A DNA stretch of 64,000 nucleotides, from positions 186,001 to 250,000 of IMG/VR virus record IMGVR_UViG_3300017528_000567; one strand, 5' to 3'. A program made the position numbers and the translations under genes. Positions 55,113 to 64,000 of the stretch are shown one piece after another (within the stretch, counting starts at the first letter, position 1; every line of letters starts with the position of its first letter). The notes beneath the pieces are model-generated. The model was not told where the DNA came from, searched no databases, and worked only from the letters and a program-made list of their open reading frames with translations.

Positions 55113-55890
55113 AGCTTTCTCTAAGAACGTCGATTGACTCAGCTCAGCTGACTCAAACTCGGGCGAATCGGTCTCTGGGAAACATCTCTACGAAGTCGAG
55201 TGAAGTGTGTCAACGAAGACCTGAACGAAGTGGATCACTCGTGTGACCAAAAGGATGACTGTGAATGTTTTGTGTTTAGCGGGAGGGAGCAGGTGAACTC
55301 ATTGAAGCTGTTTCTCTCGGTGTCGGATGATTTGGTTGAGTCGATTGTGTCGGTTGATTTGAAGGAGTAGCGGGAGCCGGTCTTCTTATCGTGAGTTGAG
55401 AACGCGTTGCTTCTTGAGCTGGTTGATTTGGTTGAAGTAAATCATGGGTTGATGGAGGAGTTGAAAGAGAGGTAGTTCTGAGATGAGCGGTGGGACTGGG
55501 ATTTTGAGTAACTCCAACTTCAGCTAACCCTAGAGTGGAAAAGAACTAAAGATCTCTTCTGTCTAAGGGGAAAGTCTTATCTCTTAGGGATACGTTCAGA
55601 CTCTCTCAGCCTACTTAGCTGGGATACCCTGTCTCTGGGGAAGAACGATCCCCTGGGTACCCATAACCATCGAACACCTTGTAGTGCTTATCTACTCTGG
55701 CGGTGTTCGAAGCATCCGACCCTCGTAAGCGTCGGTTGGAGCAACGAGGCCTTTCCTCTCAGATCCCGAGTAAGCTCTCAGGTTGATGGGGTCACCGCGG
55801 TGACCAAGGGGCTTAGGACCTAGACCCGTGCGGCCACGGGTTATCATCCCCGTACACCGTGGGGCGGCGCCCTGGTGTACTAATTCGACC

Positions 55891-56187
55891 ATGACCCCTG
55901 CTTTTTTGACCCTCTCGGATGTCTTGGGAGAGCCCAAGGTACGCATGGATTTGCCACTGCTTAGGCTAGGGGACAGGCTGGAACTACGATTCAACCTTCA
56001 ACGGCGAAACTCTGGTCGGACCGAAGAACTCTGTGTGTCCGGCGAGTACAAGGTGATTTCTTTGGTAGTCGACACGACTCGAGGCGCACCGCGGCAACTC
56101 GTTCACGTGTCTGCCACCGGCGTAGCACCCGGGTGGAGGTCTATCAAGAATCCGCCACCGTCACGCTTCCCGCTTCATGGCCTCTAG
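55891..56187 (+). CDS. Hypothetical protein
   Basis: GGTGTA 11 nt before ATG. Confidence 0.55.
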   Translation: MTPAFLTLSDVLGEPKVRMDLPLLRLGDRLELRFNLQRRNSGRTEELCVSGEYKVISLVVDTTRGAPRQLVHVSATGVAPGWRSIKNPPPSRFPLHGL

Positions 56188-56592
56188 GTAACGCCAAAGG
56201 ACTGCCCTAGCGGAAGCTGTGACTACGGGGGAAAACTTCTTGAGCTTTTTCCACCGGCGCTTCGGTGAAGGCTCGGGCACCTTCATGGGCTTGACCTCGG
56301 GCACCTCGACGACGGGCTCGGTGAGCTTGAACGGCTTCTTTTCGTCCTGGGGGTGGATCGGGGCTGGGGGTGACTTGCGTGGCACCTCTGGCTTATCGGG
56401 CTTCCTGGGGCGTCTGGGAGGCTTTGCTTTGCCTCGCCAGCGTGGGTCGCCCGCCCGGTCCTTCGGAACCTTGCCGAAGTCACTCGGGTTCTCCTTGAGC
56501 GTCTCGGGCAAGACGTAGACCGTGCGCCCCGTATCCTTGTTTTTGACCGGGACGCCTTTGGTGCGTTTTTTGTATGCCTGCTTGGGGCTCAC
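56161..56592 (-). CDS. Basic Lys/Pro-rich protein
   Basis: 143 aa; C-terminal ASARAVLWRYL. Confidence 0.65.
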   Translation of the reverse strand: MSPKQAYKKRTKGVPVKNKDTGRTVYVLPETLKENPSDFGKVPKDRAGDPRWRGKAKPPRRPRKPDKPEVPRKSPPAPIHPQDEKKPFKLTEPVVEVPEVKPMKVPEPSPKRRWKKLKKFSPVVTASARAVLWRYLEAMKREA

Positions 56593-56719
56593 GCTTGAGG
56601 GATCCGAACGAAGGATCCGTCAACGCCGAGTCGCGTTTGGGCACGTCGAGCTCGACGGTCTCCAAACGCAATCAGGGCGGGACGCATAGCGCGCCCCGCC
56701 CTGATCGATTCAACGCCTG

Positions 56720-59700
56720 TTAGCGAGTGACGGCGGTCGCCCCGCTCCGAGCCTTTGCACGCTTCGCCGGCTTTGCTTCCGGCACCGTGCCGCTCGACAG
56801 CATTGCCCACAGCTGCTTACCAATACTGAGCCCGGTCAGGTAGTTGTCCGGCCCGACACCGGAAGCGAGCAACGAGGACTCGGGATCCAATCCGTCCGTG
56901 GCGGTGCTGACCGCCACCTTGTGGAGCAGGAGCTCGTGTAGTTGCTCCTGCAACGTGTCTTTGTAGATGGCAAACAGGATCCGGGTTTCTTTGTCCTGTC
57001 CGATACGGTCAACACGGCCCGTCGCTTGACGGTAAATCAAGGGGTTACAGGTCGGGTTCTCCAGCCAGATCTCGGTGGAAAAATGCACCAGGTTGTTAAG
57101 ACCGGTCTGAATGGCGACCGGATTCGTAACCAGCACGCGCGCCTTCTTCTTGACCACATTCTTAGTGATCCACTCCTGCCGCTTGGCCGTCCCCACCTTG
57201 TCAGCATACAGAATCGGGACCTTCTCGCCGATGGCGGCAGAGATGAGCCCCGCGATACGGGGCAACAAGCTAACGTGCCAAGGGAACACCATGACGTTAC
57301 GCCCCTCCGCGAGCTCGCTCTTGATGCGATCGAGCATCCACTGCTCTTTAGGCAGGATGGTACTCGCCGGTAGCCCTTCTTGAGAAGTGACCAGCTCGCC
57401 GCTCGCTGATTTCGGGTACCTGATCTCATAGGCACCCGAATCGGAGTTACCCAAGTCAACCGTGGCCCGATCCAAGAAGCTGGGAAACTCCGCCAGCTGC
57501 CCGAAGAGCTTACCCGACAGATCGGGAGTGAATTTATCCTTTTTGATACGCGCGATCAACTCGCTCTTGAGCCTGTCGTAGCGCGCCTTAAGAACCGGCC
57601 CCGGCTCGATAAGGTGCCGCTCTTGGATGCACTGCGGCAAGTCCAGAGCTAGATCGGCCTTGTGTAGAGTCACGGAGATCGGCAACAGGTGCCGCAGCAG
57701 GAATAGCGGCAGAACACCGGGAGCGTTGCCGATCACCCTCTCCGTGGTCGTCACGCGATCCGAGACTGCCCCGAAGGTGATCACCTCATCGTCTTTATCC
57801 GAGCGCTCCGTTACGAGGCGCTTGCGGTAGCCGTAGCGATCGATGAAGCGCTGCTTGTCGGCCCGTGAAAACTCAGCCCGAAACGCCGCAGAACACGACC
57901 ACATGGTCATGAATAGGTGTTCGGCGTAACCATTCATGATTGACCCGGACATCTGAATCGTAGGCAGTGCCAGCCCCGTGAGCCGGTGAGCGGACTTCTC
58001 TTGAGCCGACGACTCTGATCCGTACTCGTGACACTCATCCAAGACCAGGAAATCGAACGTCGAGGGATAGCGGGTCTGAATGTGCTTTGCGAGGGCAATG
58101 CGCCGTGGTTCGGGCACGGCCTGAAACAGAAACTCGCCACACTCGGCCCCCCAATGGAGATTAGAACGAGACGTGAGAGCGCGGGTTGCCCGGCAACAAG
58201 CCTCTAGACTGGTGGCCTCCACACCGCCAAGCTTGAGCTTTCCGCCCTCCCAGGACACCCCGAGGTCTAGGACCCTGACATGGGTCGCACCATTCTTAAC
58301 ATCCTCGACCGAGCTCTCAAAACCCGTCCAAGGGTTGTAGATTGTCGTAGCCGACGGTTTACGGTGCCGCGCCACCAGCTCGGTCTGTAGCGCGCAGCCG
58401 GGAGTCAAGAGATGGAGCAGTTGACGGCCGAACTCCTGATCCGAGTAGATGATCTGCCTTAGAAAATAGTCGGCCATATCGGCCGTCTTGGTCTGGTCAT
58501 TCAAGGCAACCAAGGACCAAGCGATGGCACGCCGGAGAGACTCGTTCGCAGCTTCGTCCGCTTGCGCGGTACTCTTGAGCTGTTCGATCGCGGCGTCCAA
58601 GTAGCCGCTAGGCAACCCGGCGAACGCCTGAACGTTGTCCTTGTGCCATGCCAGCGAGCGCAAGCCCCAGCGCTGCTTAACCAGGCTCTCGATGGTGTCG
58701 TTACCCGGAGCGAACCGCTTCAAGTAATGCACCAGCTGCAGGACCGTGCGAGAGATCACGCCCGTGCCGTGCAGAGTCTTTGCCTCGCAGCGGGTCCGCT
58801 TTTTGGCGTGGTCCTCCGTGGGCGTGAGTGCCCCGCACCGCGGGCAAATGTCGCCAACACTGATCCAGCCGTGGCCAAGCTTGGCGGTTTCTCGAGACAG
58901 AACCGAGATGATCATCCGCTCGGATGTGTCTCGCGCGACCGCCTCGAGCTCACTCACCTCGGTCAGGATCCTGACTTCGGCTTCCGGGATGACAGCGGCA
59001 ACTTCATCCGACCAGGACTTCAAAAGATGAGGCGGACACACCACAAGCGGGCGTTTAGAGCCGACAGTTTTGGCGACCACCAGGGCGACCGTGGTCTTGC
59101 CCGACCCGATCTCGCCGAGCAAGAAGGCAGACTTGCCGCGCCGTTTCCTAATGGGTAACCCGTGACCGCCGAGCAACATTACAAGCGCCTTCGCGGCGTC
59201 CTGTTGCGCCAGGAAAGGAGTCCGTGCCGTAGGTGCCAGTGGGATCGAGTCACGATCCCGTCGAGGGTCGTACAGGATCGGACACTGTTGCTCCATGACA
59301 CGCGTGAGGCTGTTGCCGTAGTGCTTGAGCAACCCCGACACCGATAGCGTGTCGATCGTCCCCGCGAAGTCCCCTTCGCTGTTCAACGTACGGTACTGGT
59401 AAGTCGAGAGGTCGAGGACCGTGACGTCAAGTTTGGGTTGCTGAACTTGAACCCACGCTTTGACCTCGCCGTGCTTGTCCTGCTTCTCTTCAACGGTCCG
59501 GTATTCTTGAGTAAAGACTCCCTTGACCAGCAGCGGCGGCAGCGTCGCATCATCGGAGGTTACGCGCGAGCCATTGAATATCCCCGACGCGATACCACTC
59601 GCGATATGCGCCGGCCTAGGCGGCGTGGCCACGGGGTACGTGCGAAGCAGCAGCTCATCGAGCGGGAGCTCTGGAAGTATCCCCGGGACCCTGACCCAAG

Positions 59701-60481
59701 AGCCGTTGCGCCCGGTCTGCACCCACGGCCTGACTTTCTTGAGCAACCCCGCGACATCCGCCGGGCGCTCCTTCCACTCGGTCAGGATATCCCCATGGCG
59801 AGCAACTTCAGGCATTGCCGCCAGCGGCGCATCCCCAAAACGCGGGAGCTCGGGAAGCCCTTTGCCCGTCGCGAAGCGCTCGACCTGGCTCACGATCTTC
59901 GGGTCTGGCTGCATGCGAGCCTCGACACGTTGGGCAAATAGGACGACCTGTTTGAACGCGTCGAAGTCCTGATCGGGGAACTTGAAGCAGTGGAGGTTAT
60001 GGTAGTGCGTGGCGAGCTCAGTCGCGGAAGCCTTCAAGGCGTAGAACGGCACCACGAAAAGCAGGATCCCTTGGTCTGCGAGCGCGCCAGTGAAGCGAAC
60101 GAGGAACTTGTTTTCGAGTCGCCCGTGCACCTTGTCTGTGTCGTAGGGCGGATTGAGGTACAACAGCGAGATCCCCGTGCCCCGCTTGTAAGTGATTCGG
60201 AACGCGTCACTGTGCAACGCATGCTTGATCATGCCGCCCGTCGACCGAAGCACCTCATAACGAGTGCTTTCCATCTCGCAGGCGTAGAGACGTGACGACG
60301 CCCCTTTTGACAGCGACTTCATCAACGCGTGTATGGCTTCGCCGTCGCCCGCACACGGGTCCATGAACGACACCTGGGTGTCTTTACCCAGGTAGGGTTT
60401 CACGAGGTGTGCGATACGCGGGATCAGGTGGCCCGGGGTAGGAAAGTAGCCGCCGATTGCAACGGATTCAAGGCGTGCCAT
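56720..60481 (-). CDS. N6-methyltransferase fused to a SNF2-like SF2 helicase
   Basis: GYFPTP, DPCAGDG, LNPPY; GEIGSGKT, DECHE, MSGS, QTGLN, QATGRVDRIGQ. Confidence 0.9.
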   Translation of the reverse strand: MARLESVAIGGYFPTPGHLIPRIAHLVKPYLGKDTQVSFMDPCAGDGEAIHALMKSLSKGASSRLYACEMESTRYEVLRSTGGMIKHALHSDAFRITYKRGTGISLLYLNPPYDTDKVHGRLENKFLVRFTGALADQGILLFVVPFYALKASATELATHYHNLHCFKFPDQDFDAFKQVVLFAQRVEARMQPDPKIVSQVERFATGKGLPELPRFGDAPLAAMPEVARHGDILTEWKERPADVAGLLKKVRPWVQTGRNGSWVRVPGILPELPLDELLLRTYPVATPPRPAHIASGIASGIFNGSRVTSDDATLPPLLVKGVFTQEYRTVEEKQDKHGEVKAWVQVQQPKLDVTVLDLSTYQYRTLNSEGDFAGTIDTLSVSGLLKHYGNSLTRVMEQQCPILYDPRRDRDSIPLAPTARTPFLAQQDAAKALVMLLGGHGLPIRKRRGKSAFLLGEIGSGKTTVALVVAKTVGSKRPLVVCPPHLLKSWSDEVAAVIPEAEVRILTEVSELEAVARDTSERMIISVLSRETAKLGHGWISVGDICPRCGALTPTEDHAKKRTRCEAKTLHGTGVISRTVLQLVHYLKRFAPGNDTIESLVKQRWGLRSLAWHKDNVQAFAGLPSGYLDAAIEQLKSTAQADEAANESLRRAIAWSLVALNDQTKTADMADYFLRQIIYSDQEFGRQLLHLLTPGCALQTELVARHRKPSATTIYNPWTGFESSVEDVKNGATHVRVLDLGVSWEGGKLKLGGVEATSLEACCRATRALTSRSNLHWGAECGEFLFQAVPEPRRIALAKHIQTRYPSTFDFLVLDECHEYGSESSAQEKSAHRLTGLALPTIQMSGSIMNGYAEHLFMTMWSCSAAFRAEFSRADKQRFIDRYGYRKRLVTERSDKDDEVITFGAVSDRVTTTERVIGNAPGVLPLFLLRHLLPISVTLHKADLALDLPQCIQERHLIEPGPVLKARYDRLKSELIARIKKDKFTPDLSGKLFGQLAEFPSFLDRATVDLGNSDSGAYEIRYPKSASGELVTSQEGLPASTILPKEQWMLDRIKSELAEGRNVMVFPWHVSLLPRIAGLISAAIGEKVPILYADKVGTAKRQEWITKNVVKKKARVLVTNPVAIQTGLNNLVHFSTEIWLENPTCNPLIYRQATGRVDRIGQDKETRILFAIYKDTLQEQLHELLLHKVAVSTATDGLDPESSLLASGVGPDNYLTGLSIGKQLWAMLSSGTVPEAKPAKRAKARSGATAVTR

Positions 60482-61288
60482 CTAGCGACTCCCCGCGTGC
60501 TTGAAAAAAGTTTCAACTTCTCGTGCCAAGACTGTCTCGAAATTCTCGTGGTTGGAGCGGAACACTAGCCCTTGCCTGAAGCCAACTGTTTGCACGTCTG
60601 TCTCATAATAGCTGTGTTCCTGATGGGTGCCAAAGTCACGCCCAACAGAAAAGCTATCTTTCGGGGCGAACGAGGCGAGGCTATTTTTGAGGCATGCTGT
60701 CATCAGTTGCATGTAGAATCGGCCATCAGCGATCAGAGGGCACCGCGTGCGGCGATCCAAGTAAGCCGCAAACAAGTACGCGGTTGTAGCCCACTGCTTG
60801 ACCCACTCCGGCCCGAGCTCATAGCCACATCGTTCAAGGTGCCGCGCGAGCGCCGCCGTGGGTAGACTCTGTTGCTCGTGCCACTCTTGCGTCGGCAAGA
60901 GCACGAAGCCGATCCCCTGTGGGTCAACCATTCCGGGATCTATCTTGAAGAGCTCAGGCAAGAAAATCGTGGCCAGGGATCCTTCTTCCTCTTTTTGCCA
61001 GATCGTTTGATAGTGTGCCGACCGCAAGAACTCGAAGCGATCTTCCTTACCACTGCGGTAGTATCCGTAACGTTTCTCGCAGGTTACCCGCCGCCCCGAC
61101 GTCAAATTCGCCATGAAGGCCCGGAGCTCCTGATCGGACCCGCCGAACATCGCCCAGACCGGACGCATGTTGTCAGACCCGGACGCACCGCCACTCCAGA
61201 GCAGATCGGCCTCTACCGAGGCCAGCAGGACAGCACGAAACGTGCGGCCCTTACCTTCGCTCTTGGGTTCTATCCAGACGTTGCGCAT
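60482..61288 (-). CDS. Hypothetical partner of the MTase-helicase
   Basis: Abutting gene, 268 aa. Confidence 0.7.
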   Translation of the reverse strand: MRNVWIEPKSEGKGRTFRAVLLASVEADLLWSGGASGSDNMRPVWAMFGGSDQELRAFMANLTSGRRVTCEKRYGYYRSGKEDRFEFLRSAHYQTIWQKEEEGSLATIFLPELFKIDPGMVDPQGIGFVLLPTQEWHEQQSLPTAALARHLERCGYELGPEWVKQWATTAYLFAAYLDRRTRCPLIADGRFYMQLMTACLKNSLASFAPKDSFSVGRDFGTHQEHSYYETDVQTVGFRQGLVFRSNHENFETVLAREVETFFKHAGSR

Positions 61289-61352
61289 CTACACTCCCGA
61301 CTTAGCCCGCCCTATACACGTCAGGCGTCGGGAAACTTCAAGCGCTTATGCA

Positions 61353-62096
61353 TCAAGTGCTGGTCGGCTGAAACCCGTCGTAATACACGGCTTTAGCGGG
61401 CACATGCGCAAATTCCACTCTTGGGTGGCCCGGGGTCACGATCATCGCCGTCAACTGGCCGCCGTACACGCACCCCGTGTCGATCCCATAGCAGGCCCCG
61501 CCCGCGAACCGATCGATGCGCGGCTCGGTCAACGAGTAGATCGCGTGCCCGTACACGACAGACTCCGGACCTGTCCAGCGGCTCGACCAAAAGACCGTGT
61601 CGGCGGGCTGCTCGAGACGCCCCTCTTGAAAGCCGACCATCTTACCCTCTGCATCCACGTACCGCACCCGTGCGACCGCATTGGATTGCTTGGCCACGGG
61701 GTATGCCGGCTCGAGCCCGCCGTGCACTGCGACCAGGCCCTCCCCTAAATCGAGCATCAGGGGGTTGCCGTTGAGCCACTGAAGGTCCTGGTCTGACAGG
61801 GCCAGGTTCTGCTCGGCACGTACTCCATGTATCCCCTGAACCGGATTCTTTTTGGCGCCGCGTGTTTGCTCGTGTCGACGCCAGCGGATGTGCTTGTCTT
61901 CATGATTGCCGCGCAGCACCTCGATGCCCTGCTCTTGCGCGAGACGCACACACCCCACCGGGTCTGGACCTCGGTCCATCAGGTCTCCGAGCTGCACAGC
62001 TCGATCGCGCCCGAGCTCGTACGAGACCAATGTCAACAACGCCCGGAACTCTTCCAAGCACCCGTGAACGTCGCCTATGATGATAGTACGGCCCAT
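61353..62096 (-). CDS. Calcineurin-like metallophosphoesterase (PrpA/ApaH/Pnkp-phosphatase type)
   Basis: GDVHG, GDLMDRG, GNHE, VHGG, GH, IDTGC. Confidence 0.92.
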   Translation of the reverse strand: MGRTIIIGDVHGCLEEFRALLTLVSYELGRDRAVQLGDLMDRGPDPVGCVRLAQEQGIEVLRGNHEDKHIRWRRHEQTRGAKKNPVQGIHGVRAEQNLALSDQDLQWLNGNPLMLDLGEGLVAVHGGLEPAYPVAKQSNAVARVRYVDAEGKMVGFQEGRLEQPADTVFWSSRWTGPESVVYGHAIYSLTEPRIDRFAGGACYGIDTGCVYGGQLTAMIVTPGHPRVEFAHVPAKAVYYDGFQPTST

Positions 62097-62141
62097 TTGG
62101 CCGATTACACCAAAGTCTCCTGAACGCCAGACGGTCGCCGG

Positions 62142-62495
62142 CTACACGGTCCAAGTATCGACGACGTGAACATCTCTGAGCGGGCGGTTCAGGGCTCCTG
62201 TGTAGCTCCCCGCTGAATAGTCAGGCGCACCGGTGACGACCCAGGTCGCATAGAGGCCATTTGTCGTCTGATCCATCCCTCGCATCTTGTAGTACGTGGC
62301 TCCAGCAGACCACTTCGTTGTGTTCTTGCTCAAGTCGCCTACCGTATCGTTGATCCAACATGAGAGCTGGTTCGTTGCCGCCGCGGCCAAGCTGTCATTA
62401 GCAGTCTGAACGTTTGCGTACACGTTCAACTTGCACGTTGACGCAGTGCTAGACGCGCTTGCCAGCCAATCGATGTTTAGCGCCGAATCTGCCAT
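62142..62495 (-). CDS. Hypothetical virion-like protein
   Basis: MADSAL... portion of ORF 62142..62603. Confidence 0.55.
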   Translation of the reverse strand: MADSALNIDWLASASSTASTCKLNVYANVQTANDSLAAAATNQLSCWINDTVGDLSKNTTKWSAGATYYKMRGMDQTTNGLYATWVVTGAPDYSAGSYTGALNRPLRDVHVVDTWTV

Positions 62496-62499
62496 CTTA

Positions 62500-63873
62500 T
62501 CACCCCGCCGGAGTTGTGACCCCATCCCAGGGAAGCCAGAAATCCCCCACAGCGATGAAGGACTTACCCTCGATAGTATCCTTGAACGTAGCTCTTGGCC
62601 CACCGGTATGCCTAACCATGGTTGACCAGCCCTTCACCCCTGAGTAAGGAACGGCTATAATCCCACCAGTTCCACCCGAGGTTGGGAAAGTCCAGGGGCT
62701 TGCCCTCATATACACGATGGGAAGAGCTTCTGGCTTTCCGCTAAACGGATTCGAGGCCAGTCCACGGGCCGCCTGAACCAGCATCTGGGTTGTACTGGTG
62801 TTGCCGATTCCATAGAAGCACGGTTGCACAAACAAGAATTGTGTAGCCGCTGGGTCCATAAAGGCCCAACAACCATCGTTGATAATGCCAGGAGCTAACC
62901 CCCACGTCGTAAGAGGCTGGGTCGCGTCCTTGATATATCCAAGACCCGTGGTCCCCGTATAGCCGCCAACTGCGGAGAACACGTTGGCTCCCCCGATATG
63001 AAAGACGAAAGGGTCGGGATCTTCAGGCACAGATCTTACAGGATCCATGATGATTCCACCTCGCAAGGCGCCGCGTGGGAACTCTTGCATGGCGAACCAG
63101 AAACCGTACGGCGCCGTACCGGAAGCGAACCCTTGACAGATGACTTGCGATTTCGTGACTCCTTGAGATATCCATTGACCAGGGGTAGAACTCGCGACCC
63201 CGCTGTAATAGTCATTATTGGACGACGTACCAACCTGCCCCGCGATGTACGCTTCATCGGTTGCAGTCGGTGGCAAGTCGAAGGCCACGGCACCTCCATA
63301 CGCGCCCGTGAACTTCGCCGCCCGAGAATATTTGATCTTCACTCTCCCCACGGCATCATGTTGGACCACCAGTTCGCGGACGCCAGCAGGATCCTGCAAT
63401 CTTGCCCACGCTGACGGGTTGTCCCATCCAAACGCCCCTGTTCCTGTGCCGGTGAACAACTTGGCTGAATTCGTTCCTGTGTGGGTACCAGACTGGGTAC
63501 CACCACTCGTACTGATACCGATTCCGCCTGGACTCGCCGATATTCGGAAGGAGTTGGTTGTCCACCCCGTAGGCAACACATAATATGTCGCACCGGCAGT
63601 AATCCCAGTCGGAAGAGTCCCTGTCGTCGTAATTACGAAGGGGGCATTCGAGTTCGAAGGCATACCATGGTTTACCCACGTTACTACTGCATTCACTGAA
63701 ATAGATATCGTGATCGTGGACGTGCCTGATGCCACAGAGTAGATAGGGGCAGTGAGGAACCCATTCCCAGAGCCCAGGTAGCGCCAGCCCGCACGAACCA
63801 ACATCTCAACCAGCGTTGAGATGACGCCACCGTAGCTATCGGGAAACTGATTCAAAACATACGCGTCTGGCAT
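62500..63873 (-). CDS. Gly/Thr-rich virion/tail-associated protein
   Basis: TTTGTLPTGITAGATYYV beta-rich module; C-terminal FWLPWDG. Confidence 0.65.
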   Translation of the reverse strand: MPDAYVLNQFPDSYGGVISTLVEMLVRAGWRYLGSGNGFLTAPIYSVASGTSTITISISVNAVVTWVNHGMPSNSNAPFVITTTGTLPTGITAGATYYVLPTGWTTNSFRISASPGGIGISTSGGTQSGTHTGTNSAKLFTGTGTGAFGWDNPSAWARLQDPAGVRELVVQHDAVGRVKIKYSRAAKFTGAYGGAVAFDLPPTATDEAYIAGQVGTSSNNDYYSGVASSTPGQWISQGVTKSQVICQGFASGTAPYGFWFAMQEFPRGALRGGIIMDPVRSVPEDPDPFVFHIGGANVFSAVGGYTGTTGLGYIKDATQPLTTWGLAPGIINDGCWAFMDPAATQFLFVQPCFYGIGNTSTTQMLVQAARGLASNPFSGKPEALPIVYMRASPWTFPTSGGTGGIIAVPYSGVKGWSTMVRHTGGPRATFKDTIEGKSFIAVGDFWLPWDGVTTPAG

Positions 63874-63875
63874 GG

Positions 63876-64000
63876 TCAGTCATTCCTCGGGGTTGTCGCG
63901 CCATCCCAAGGCAACCAGAACGGTCCCACACAGATCCATCGTTTGTCATCCATCGTGTCTGAAAAAGACGTTCTATAGACGGTCGTCCAACGCAACATGG
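63876..64000 (-). CDS. 3' end of a paralog of 62500..63873
   Basis: ...SFSDTMDDKRWICVGPFWLPWDGATTPRND-stop. Confidence 0.65.
   Translation of the reverse strand, partial: MLRWTTVYRTSFSDTMDDKRWICVGPFWLPWDGATTPRND

Overview
This GC-rich window, coded mostly on the minus strand, looks like part of a large (jumbo-type) bacteriophage genome. The multi-PAS hybrid kinases and Uma2 gene hint at a myxobacteria-like host (inference). 1-20 kb: ATP-cone ribonucleotide reductase (partial), clamp-loader subunits delta and delta-prime, GroEL, RtcB, two vWA proteins, HNH, a SpoU methyltransferase and a compact operon (Ro60/TROVE-like vWA, unknown, JAB, ubiquitin-like, Zn-ribbon, E1/ThiF). 20-45 kb: an array of about 44 tRNAs covering all 20 amino acids (including 8/4-fold tRNA-Ser, short-arm tRNA-Leu and tRNA-Ile UAU). 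It is interleaved with about 8-10 non-canonical tRNA-mimic or Y-RNA-like ncRNAs, HNH genes, an HslV-like protease and two hybrid histidine kinases. It is headed by a 64-codon leader ORF that uses all 20 amino acids and is coupled to a terminator/antiterminator. 45-64 kb: virion-like proteins, three methyltransferases (one fused to a helicase), two sigma-like proteins and a metallophosphoesterase. Two recurring start-proximal motifs (GGTGTA-N9-start and YTTNTR-N12-14-start) suggest two phage promoter classes. The best candidate for an undescribed system is a translation-stress-inducible module linking a Ro60-like protein, a family of tRNA-mimic RNAs, RtcB and a ubiquitin-like conjugation cascade with no recognisable E2. 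All calls were made by eye and no database searches were run.
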